A stretch of DNA of 64,000 bases, from positions 608,001 through 672,000 of the forward strand of contig CAXXXF010000006.1 in NCBI GenBank assembly GCA_963667175.2, in the 5' to 3' direction. This document shows, piece after piece, positions 48,858-55,907 of this stretch (position 1 is the stretch's first letter; the number at the start of each line of letters is the position of its first letter). Origin of the DNA: Candidatus Latescibacterota bacterium. GTDB taxonomy: Bacteria; Latescibacterota; UBA2968; GCA-2709665. The notes under the pieces are model-generated. The model made no database searches, was not told the DNA's origin, and saw only the letters and a program-made list of their open reading frames with translations. A program made the position numbers and the translations under genes.

Positions 48858-49115
48858 TTAGGGCGAAGGATCGGTCGCACGCCTTTGTCTGTCTGCCTCG
48901 GAATAGTCCCTCGCAGCACGGATGTGATCCGGCGTCAATTGGGGAAAATCAACCAACAATTCAGCCTCGGTCATTCCACCCGCCAAGTAGTCCAATACTT
49001 CATAGACTGTAATCCGAGTACCAATGATGCAGGGTTTGCCGCTACGTACACCCGGTCGGATTTCAATGTAGTCTTCAAAGCGCCTGAGCAGTTCCTTTCT
49101 CAAGGAATCGCACAA
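48858..49115 (-). CDS. DUF433 protein (start uncertain, overlaps the upstream gene)
   Basis: FEDYIEIRPGVRSGKPCIIGTRITVYEVLDYLAGGM...DFPQLT. Confidence 0.8.
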   Translation of the reverse strand: MCDSLRKELLRRFEDYIEIRPGVRSGKPCIIGTRITVYEVLDYLAGGMTEAELLVDFPQLTPDHIRAARDYSEADRQRRATDPSP

Positions 49116-49878
49116 ACGCTTCCCCGAGTTCGGTTACTTCCAGGAATTGAAGTGGACCAAGGTCGCCACGCCCTGCCGCGTGTGTATACAAAAGTGACTT
49201 GGCAAGTAAATCCTGGACAAGGAACCGATAGTTCGAATCCGAAATTTCGTAATGACCCGGCCGGCGATGCTCGCTGCTCGCGTCAGAGATATCCGTGTTC
49301 GATTCTTCCCTTTTCTTTGCTGCACGAAGATGTTCATCCAAAATGCGGATCTGCATTTCAGTTAACGATATCAGCAGGTCCAAGAAGCGATCGTCGAAGG
49401 GCGTACCTCCTCCATCCTGAATTCGGCCTGCGAGCACTCCCGCCAGTTTTTTCCGCTTTTCTTCCGCTTTGATTTTGGTGGCTCGTACCAGGACGTCTTC
49501 CAGAAAATCGACGAATTCTTCGCTTCGAATATACGCGGTATCGATCATCTCAGTTTCAAGAGCATGTACGTCTTTCGCCAGATCCTCGACGAATTTCTCG
49601 AGACGTTCGTGCTTAAGCCGTGCGCGCAGGTCGAAAAATGCCTCGTTTAGCACCGTCCCAACAATGGGTGTTGCACCCAATATCGAGCGAACTATGGACT
49701 CGGTCTCCTTCATCACGTAGATCTTTGCAGGTAACGGAGTATTCGCGACCACTCGACTGTGATCATCTTTTTCGCCAGCCTTTATACGGTCCATCAATCG
49801 GTCCAGATCGCCACCGCACTCTTTCAACAGTCTCTGCCTGGTCTGATGGACTTCCTCTGCAACTGGGTCACGATCCAT
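49075..49878 (-). CDS. hypothetical protein: small 'DPV.EEV...R' module fused to an Abi-alpha/DUF4393-like helical-wHTH domain
   Basis: GGGAG RBS before ATG 49878; second Met (MKETES) begins a domain ending in VTELGEAFVRF. Confidence 0.6.
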   Translation of the reverse strand: MDRDPVAEEVHQTRQRLLKECGGDLDRLMDRIKAGEKDDHSRVVANTPLPAKIYVMKETESIVRSILGATPIVGTVLNEAFFDLRARLKHERLEKFVEDLAKDVHALETEMIDTAYIRSEEFVDFLEDVLVRATKIKAEEKRKKLAGVLAGRIQDGGGTPFDDRFLDLLISLTEMQIRILDEHLRAAKKREESNTDISDASSEHRRPGHYEISDSNYRFLVQDLLAKSLLYTHAAGRGDLGPLQFLEVTELGEAFVRFLEKGTAQAL

Positions 49879-49890
49879 TATTCTCCCTAA

Positions 49891-51592
49891 GGCGGCTTCG
49901 CTTTGCTCAGCCGCAACCAAAAAGGTGGTAGTCAAGAGCAGTTTGTTTTGTGGTATGAAAAACGGCGTTCGTCCTTTATGATGGTGGTCCCAACCGCCAT
50001 CAACCCAAGGAGGAACGCCGTGAACGACTTCGTGGACCAATATAATGAAAAAATCAGTGGCGTGGTATCGTGTTTTGATCGGGTTTTGTTCAAGGGGTAC
50101 CTGCCGCTGGGATTTGGCAATGCGATGGAGCGTTTCATGGGTAATCAGGGTTTTTTGTTGAAGGACTTCAAGCGTTTTGTGACGTCGCATTCCAAAACGA
50201 TCAAAGCCCACGCGGAGGCGGTGGCGAGCAGGCACAAGCGCCCGTTCCTCTATCTCGACCGCAACACCGTCAGGAAAGAGGAGGAAGCGCGACGCATCGC
50301 CCAACGAGATGGGATCACCCGCGGCCTGGTCTGTGTGTTCCGCGCCGTGGAAGGCTGTCAGAGTTTCAAGCTGGTTCCAGGGGAAGGAAGGCCTCGCCTG
50401 CTCAACGCCCGGCGGAAGTGCCTGTGCTACTACTTCTACTATATCGACCGTGAGTTCGGGTTGCTGCATATCCGCATCCAGTCCTGGTTCCCCCTGGTGG
50501 TGCAGGTCTGTCTCAATGGCCACGAATACCTGGCGCGCAAGCTCGATAAAAACGGCATTGCCTATGAAAAAGCAGACAACGCGTTTCTATGGATCGACGA
50601 CGTGGCCCGGGCGCAACGCTTTGCCGATCGTTTTGTCGAGAAGAATTGGCCGCGCATTCTCTCCGGGCTTGCCCGCAGGGTCAACCCCCTGCTCAAAGAC
50701 CTGCTTTCGGGAATGGACTATTACTGGGTCGTTGACCAGGCTGAGTTCGCCACCGACGTGATGTTCACAAGCCCCCACGCCCTGAAGGTGCTGTATGAAA
50801 ATCTGCTCAGACATACGGTGCTGTGCTTCTCCCCCCAGGACATCCTGACCTTCCTGGGACGCAAACTCCACGGCAACTTTCAGGGCGAAGTCCTCACGGA
50901 CTTCAAAAACAAACGCCAACCCGGCGCACGGGTCAAACACCGGATGTGTGAGAACTGGATAAAAATGTACGACAAACACGGGCGCGTACTACGCATAGAG
51001 ACAGTGATCAACCATCCAAGGCAGTTCAAGGTCCGCCGCTGGGGCATACGCCAAGGACAACGCGTGATGGGCTGGTATCCCATGGCCAAAGGCGTGGCCA
51101 ACCTCTACCGCTATCGGGAAATCTCATTGAAGGCCAACCAACACTACCTTCATGCGCTGGCAGCAGCACCAGACACCGCGAAGAGCCGTCACAGCCTCAC
51201 CACACTTGCCCGACCACGCAGGCACAGGGGGCGTACCTATCGGGGCTTCAATCCCGCCGACACCCGCGACCTCGACCTCTTCACCGCCGTCCTGAAAGGC
51301 GAACACGCCCTGATGGGCTTCCGCAATCGGGACATCCGAAAACACCTCTTCAAACAACCCAGAACCCTCGACCAGCGCCGACGGCAGGCCAACGCCGTCA
51401 GCCGACTTCTCAAACGCCTACACGTCCGAGGCCTGATCGCCAAAATCCCACGGTCCAGAAGATGGCGCGTCACACAGGCCGGACACGTCACACTCGCGAC
51501 TTCACTGACACTATACCACAAGCACACAAACCCTATCCAAGCAGCATGAACAAACTTCTACGCATCTTGCGTTGAAGTCTTACTGTAAGACT
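49891..51592 (+). mobile_element. putative transposable element with hairpin ends and a single Rep_trans-like gene
   Basis: Left hairpin GCGGCT..AGCCGC-AACCAAA; right palindrome AGTCTTAC-T-GTAAGACT; opposite strand to the surrounding array. Confidence 0.6.
50020..51549 (+). CDS. putative transposase: Rep_trans/CRI-like catalytic core + C-terminal wHTH
   Basis: AAGGAGG RBS; QAEFATD, IKMYDK and LRIET motifs; C-terminal FRNRDIR...RLLKRLHVRGLIAKI...WRVT..G. Confidence 0.7.
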   Translation: MNDFVDQYNEKISGVVSCFDRVLFKGYLPLGFGNAMERFMGNQGFLLKDFKRFVTSHSKTIKAHAEAVASRHKRPFLYLDRNTVRKEEEARRIAQRDGITRGLVCVFRAVEGCQSFKLVPGEGRPRLLNARRKCLCYYFYYIDREFGLLHIRIQSWFPLVVQVCLNGHEYLARKLDKNGIAYEKADNAFLWIDDVARAQRFADRFVEKNWPRILSGLARRVNPLLKDLLSGMDYYWVVDQAEFATDVMFTSPHALKVLYENLLRHTVLCFSPQDILTFLGRKLHGNFQGEVLTDFKNKRQPGARVKHRMCENWIKMYDKHGRVLRIETVINHPRQFKVRRWGIRQGQRVMGWYPMAKGVANLYRYREISLKANQHYLHALAAAPDTAKSRHSLTTLARPRRHRGRTYRGFNPADTRDLDLFTAVLKGEHALMGFRNRDIRKHLFKQPRTLDQRRRQANAVSRLLKRLHVRGLIAKIPRSRRWRVTQAGHVTLATSLTLYHKHTNPIQAA

Positions 51593-51596
51593 CTAA

Positions 51597-51775
51597 CAGT
51601 CCGTTGAAAAAGTCGCTCTGCAGGCGAGGCCAAGTCATTGAGGCCGAAGAGAAGGCGCGCGACCGACTCGAATCCTCGGACTCGGTGAGGGAGCGCCTGC
51701 CTGCTGCAGGCAGGCAACGGCGTAGTTCGGTCACAAGGGCCGGACCCAGCCCGGATTGACTTGTCCAACGGGCTG
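51597..51775. mobile_element. MITE with IS5/IS1182-like terminal inverted repeats
   Basis: CAGTCCGTTGAAAAAGTC versus GACTTGTCCAACGGGCTG (15/18 complementary); non-coding. Confidence 0.7.
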
Positions 51776-51816
51776 CCAAGGCTGTTCCGGGGGTTCCTCC
51801 GACCTGGACAGGCGGG

Positions 51817-52023
51817 TCAGAGTTTCACGAGAATCAGCGTACCAAGGGCAATCAGCGTGGTAAACTGGATGCCGATAATCCATCGAAATCCGCTATCCAG
51901 GCGCGATTCGAGGTTCGCAAGGCGCGATTCAATGGCCGTGAGGCGGGCGTTCATCTGATCGACCGTGCCCTCGAGGCGGGAAATTCGGGCATCGAAATCG
52001 GCTTGTTGCGTTGCGGCGTTCAC
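51817..52023 (-). CDS. small coiled-coil protein with a C-terminal TM helix (XhlA/DUF1640-like)
   Basis: Heptads RISRLEG..DQMNARL..IESRL..LESRL, then FRWIIGIQFTTLIAL. Confidence 0.75.
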   Translation of the reverse strand: MNAATQQADFDARISRLEGTVDQMNARLTAIESRLANLESRLDSGFRWIIGIQFTTLIALGTLILVKL

Positions 52024-52263
52024 GTATGGGTTCCCTTCGGTCTGGGTTGTCGGTTGGCCCGTCACTGTGTGTATGGACAAAATACGTCAAGTTCTTCCTG
52101 AAACAAAATCGTGCTGATTCATTGCCGTTACAAACCGACTGTACGTGCGGATACCGCCGAATTCGAAGCGGCGAGAACGCAATCCGGCGAACCGCCGAGC
52201 GCTTTGAGCACGTCAACGGCCTTGCCTTCGGTGGACCCGGCATGTCTTGTCTGGAATGCGCTG

Positions 52264-52548
52264 CTACGATGTGAAACGAAGCTTGATGCCGCAAGCCGCA
52301 GACACTTTCGCTAGTGTATCGAGCCGTGGATTTCTTCGGCCGGACAGAACTCGGGAAAGGGCCACACGATCCAGATTCGCCTGGCGTGCGAGCGCGGACA
52401 CGCCGCCCCGTGCCTCGGCAACGTTACGAAACGCCTTCATAAGAAAGCGCGGATCGTCGCCCATTTCCTCAATCGCCGCGTTCAGATAGGCAGCCGCGTC
52501 CTCTGGCGTCTTGAGATAGTCGCTGGCTTTATGTTCTCTAGCGGGCAT
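52264..52548 (-). CDS. addiction module antidote protein (XRE HTH), orphan
   Basis: DYLKTPE..AAYLNAA.E.....F..A...VAEARGG...LAR...L.R..L...LS....P.L.T. Confidence 0.9.
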   Translation of the reverse strand: MPAREHKASDYLKTPEDAAAYLNAAIEEMGDDPRFLMKAFRNVAEARGGVSALARQANLDRVALSRVLSGRRNPRLDTLAKVSAACGIKLRFTS

Positions 52549-52622
52549 CCCATTGATCCTGTTTGATGGCATTCCAGCGCTTACGCGCGTTTGCAAAGCC
52601 ACGAACTCAATTCATACACGAA

Positions 52623-52651
52623 AGCGTAGCCAATTGACTACGCAGTGTCAA
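52623..52651 (-). promoter_or_regulatory. TA promoter with operator palindrome
   Basis: Minus-strand TTGACA-17-TACGCT overlapping GCGTAGCCAATTGACTACGC. Confidence 0.75.
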
Positions 52652-52771
52652 GTGTTTTACAGTAGATCGAAAAGTAGAAACGGGTTGGGCTCCCGATTAG
52701 TGCGGGGGCCTGTCCACCGCGTCGTGCTTGCACGTACAGTGTCACGTCATTGTGCCGCGTTTCATTTCCTT

Positions 52772-52956
52772 TCATTCAGCCGGTATCGTCTCCAAATCCT
52801 TCTCGACGTCGGGATAGACAGTATCGAGCTCTTTCTGTATCTCCATGGTCTTCCCCTAGCCGTTACGATCTTGCAGTAGGTTCGGGAGTCGTCGAATGGA
52901 CGATCTCTACGATCCTTCGACCACTTCTCGCAAACCTCGTAGCCGAGGATCTGATA
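52772..52956 (-). pseudogene. C-terminal remnant of a type ISP/IIG-like RM gene
   Basis: YQILGYEVCEKWSKDR...CKIVTA/..TMEIQKELDTVYPDVEKDL; 52797-52843 matches 55933-55979 at 45/47. Confidence 0.85.
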
Positions 52957-52989
52957 TGGGCACACACACCCCCCCGAATCTGCACCTGG

Positions 52990-53373
52990 TCAGGTTATCG
53001 CAATCCGTCCCGTTCGAAATTCAACGGTCAGGCTCGATCCGCGAAAAAAATCTAGCCCAAGAAGACCATCTACACCTGCACTGGGCGGCAACGTATGACC
53101 CAGCACTGGAAAACGAGTAGTCCTTCGACCCAGGGCCATAATTGCGTCGAGTGTGACGAGGGGCGCGAATTCGACCCCGCTGCCCGTAGTCACCTGCACA
53201 CGGTTCGGTGACAACGCCGGATCGTACCCAAGAGCAACCATCATCCCCACGTTCACCAATGTTCCGGTCGCACCAGTATCAAGCGCCAAACGGAGAACGG
53301 CACTACCGTTCGGCCCCCACAGTTCGGCAGACACGATGATCAAGCCCTGATGTGGATGGAATGGCAAACTCAT
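52990..53373 (-). CDS. retropepsin-like (clan AA) aspartic protease
   Basis: ALDTGAT and DGLLGLDFF motifs. Confidence 0.88.
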   Translation of the reverse strand: MSLPFHPHQGLIIVSAELWGPNGSAVLRLALDTGATGTLVNVGMMVALGYDPALSPNRVQVTTGSGVEFAPLVTLDAIMALGRRTTRFPVLGHTLPPSAGVDGLLGLDFFRGSSLTVEFRTGRIAIT

Positions 53374-53597
53374 AGGACGATCGCGGTGTCCTCAGGCATC
53401 TGCCCGGTGTACAAAATGGCAAACCGGTCAGGGTGCAACGCCACTGCCTGGCGATAGACCTCGTCCCGATCCTTACTGTGGAAGCGAACTTTGCCGCTCT
53501 TCACTTCCAGGGCATCGTCAGTCCGCGGGGCTTCAACGAGCACCCACTCTGAGGAGTACTTCGTGTGTATCTGGGAAATTGTCAGAACTTCGTCCAT
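53370..53597 (-). CDS. DUF5678-like small protein
   Basis: I...Y..EWVLV.......G.V.FHS.DRDEVY; overlaps the protease start. Confidence 0.8.
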   Translation of the reverse strand: MDEVLTISQIHTKYSSEWVLVEAPRTDDALEVKSGKVRFHSKDRDEVYRQAVALHPDRFAILYTGQMPEDTAIVL

Positions 53598-53898
53598 CTC
53601 TCTGATCCTCCTGTCGGTCAATGCGAGTACAAATTGGACCCTTTTCGAACAGTGAGCTGAGGATACCTGCAGCATTCGCAATGGCATTCGTTTTCGGAAA
53701 CCTATACCAATCCAGTCGTGCGTAATCTGCTGATGTACCTCTGCGATGGGGTTCCGCGTGGGCGTCCTGCCATCTGGCATTTTGATATATGGAATCAGGC
53801 TTTGGATACCCCGCCCAAACCCTACGTGCCAATATAGAGTGAGACAACTCCCCCTTCGAGATTAATGTCGTATTAATGGGCGGAGAGGAGAGCACGAG

Positions 53899-54372
53899 AT
53901 GCGGTCAAGAACCGATGTTGGAGACAACGGCAGCAGCAGCAAGGGGTCTCTGGTTGTGGAGGTCCCGCGCGGGACCTCCACAACCACGAAGCCGGATCCG
54001 GAAGTGCCGGCGCGTGCGCAGCGTCGCCGTTTCACGGCAAAGTACAAGCTTCGCATCCTGGAAGCGGCGGATGCTTGTCGCGCTCCTGGTGAAGTCGGCG
54101 CGCTGCTGCGCCGCGAGGGACTGTATTCCTCGCAGTTGACGCAGTGGCGTCGTGCGCGTCGCGAGGGGTCGCTCAAGGCGCTGTCGAAGCTGCGGGGACC
54201 GAAAGGGCGTCGCCGCGACGAGGTGGCCGTCGAGAACGAGCAACTGCGCAAGGAGATCGCCCGTTTGCGACGACGATTGGAACAGGCGAACACGATCCTC
54301 GAGATCCAAAAAAAAGCCTCCGAGATCCTGGGCATCCCCCTGAACCCGCCAGCAGGCGACGACGACGTATGA
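53899..54372 (+). CDS. IS3 OrfA
   Basis: Near-identical to the copy 1 OrfA. Confidence 0.9.
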   Translation: MRSRTDVGDNGSSSKGSLVVEVPRGTSTTTKPDPEVPARAQRRRFTAKYKLRILEAADACRAPGEVGALLRREGLYSSQLTQWRRARREGSLKALSKLRGPKGRRRDEVAVENEQLRKEIARLRRRLEQANTILEIQKKASEILGIPLNPPAGDDDV

Positions 54373-55415
54373 TCCGTGCCTGCCTGCGCCGAGCCCCGCG
54401 CGGCAGGCAGGCGGCAGAACAACTGGCCCCGAAGGTCGGGTTGGCTTCCGCGTGCCGGGCGCTGGGTGTGGCGCGGGCATCGGTCTACCGTGCGCGTCAG
54501 CCAGCCCAACGCGGGCCTCGTGGCGCCCGGTCCTCGTCGCCACGTGCGCTTTCCCAAAACGAGCGCGCTACCGTGCTGGACATCCTGCACGAGGACCGCT
54601 TCGTAGACCAGGCGCCACCGGCAGTCTACGCCGCGTTGCTCGAGGAAGGGCGGTATGTCTGCTCGATCCGGACCATGTACCGTCTGCTGCACGATGCAGG
54701 AGAGGTGCCCCAGCGGCGACACCAGCGGCGTCATCCACGTCTGGAACCGCCCCGCTTGATGGCGGATGCGCCCAACCAGGTCTGGACATGGGATATCACG
54801 CGGCTGCCAGGAACCCGCAAGTGGGAAACCTATCCCCTCTACGTCGTACTGGATCTGTTCTCACGCTATGTCGTGGCCTGGATGGTCGCCACAAGGGAGA
54901 GCGCCACATACGCCAAGCGCCTGATCACCAACGCCTGCACCAAGCAGGGCATTCAACCCCGACAACTGACGCTGCACCAGGACCGCGGCGCACCCATGAC
55001 GGCCAAGACCTTTTCGCAGTTGCTGATGGACCTCGACATCCTGGCCAGCTACTCTCGACCCCGTGTGTCCGATGACAACCCGTATTCCGAAAGCCAATTC
55101 AAGACGCTCAAATACGCGCCTTCATACCCCGGGCGCTTCACCAACCCGCAAGAAGCACGCACCTATTTACAGGCCTTCTTTCCCTGGTACAACACACAAC
55201 ACCGGCACAGCGGACTGGGCTTACTCACGCCCGACACCGTCCACCATGGGCTGACACAGCAGTTTCAAGCCGCCAGACAATCGGTGCTGGACCAGGCCTA
55301 TCACAACCACCCTGAACGATTTGTTAAGGGGCATCCTCGTCCACCACGCGTTCCAGACCAAGTCTGGATTAACCAACCACAGAACACCATCGAATGCCAT
55401 CAGTTGCTTCACTAA
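54369..55415 (+). CDS. IS3 OrfB DDE transposase with an 11-aa in-frame insertion
   Basis: Same DDE motifs as copy 1; MIR-ACLRRAPRGRQ-AAEQ versus MIR-AAEQ. Confidence 0.92.
   Translation: MIRACLRRAPRGRQAAEQLAPKVGLASACRALGVARASVYRARQPAQRGPRGARSSSPRALSQNERATVLDILHEDRFVDQAPPAVYAALLEEGRYVCSIRTMYRLLHDAGEVPQRRHQRRHPRLEPPRLMADAPNQVWTWDITRLPGTRKWETYPLYVVLDLFSRYVVAWMVATRESATYAKRLITNACTKQGIQPRQLTLHQDRGAPMTAKTFSQLLMDLDILASYSRPRVSDDNPYSESQFKTLKYAPSYPGRFTNPQEARTYLQAFFPWYNTQHRHSGLGLLTPDTVHHGLTQQFQAARQSVLDQAYHNHPERFVKGHPRPPRVPDQVWINQPQNTIECHQLLH
54378..54412. repeat. 35-bp palindromic micro-element (GCCTGCCTGC...GCAGGCAGGC)
   Basis: Absent from IS copy 1; relatives at 60085-60119 and 51695-51715. Confidence 0.85.
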
Positions 55416-55455
55416 ATTCCAACGGGAGGTGTCTCATTTCTATTGACACGTTCCG

Positions 55456-55671
55456 AATCGTCAATTTGTAATCCACGAAGCCACTACCGGCTTGTTCTTC
55501 AGTACTTATCTCCGCTAAGGGCCATCCCAGAACTCTTGTTAGAATTGGGTCAATAACCTTTAGACGTGTGTCCTGTTCTGTGACTATAGTTCCCTTGGCG
55601 CTGTCCACCTGTTCGAGAATTCGCTGAAAGCTCTCGAATGCGGTGTCAATATTCACGTCATTCCGCCCCAT
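55456..55671 (-). pseudogene. HsdR_N-like restriction nuclease gene truncated by IS3
   Basis: TEQDTRLKVIDPIL..VLGW....I..E......FVDY, then the IS end. Confidence 0.75.
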
Positions 55672-55907
55672 CGCGATATCTCCGTGTTTTTGTTTGCGAT
55701 ATCTCCATGATTCGCGAGTCAATATAGGCTAGCTGAGTTCGTCAAGGAACGGGTTGAATAGATGTAAGAGACGATCAGCAAAGCATTTAAATCCAAACTC
55801 AAAAGCTACAGTTCATCTCGAACTCTGTCGAGATCTGCTGTGTTTTTTCCTGAGTATAGATACTACTCCACCGCATTGATTCGGATCTGGATACGTCTCG
55901 CCTTCGC

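Larger units (their letters stand above)
53820..55455 (+). mobile_element. IS3-family insertion sequence, copy 2
   Basis: Close paralog of 26219-27814 in inverted orientation; same ends; no matching 3-bp TSD. Confidence 0.92.

Noticed and set aside
49879-50523. N-terminal 215 aa of the 482-aa minus-strand ORF
   Set aside because: Antisense shadow of the Rep-like gene and element end; a good RBS supports the start at 49878
26219-55455. Composite transposon bounded by the two inverted IS3 copies
   Set aside because: Copy 1 has its own target duplication, the copies have diverged, and the interval holds core metabolic genes
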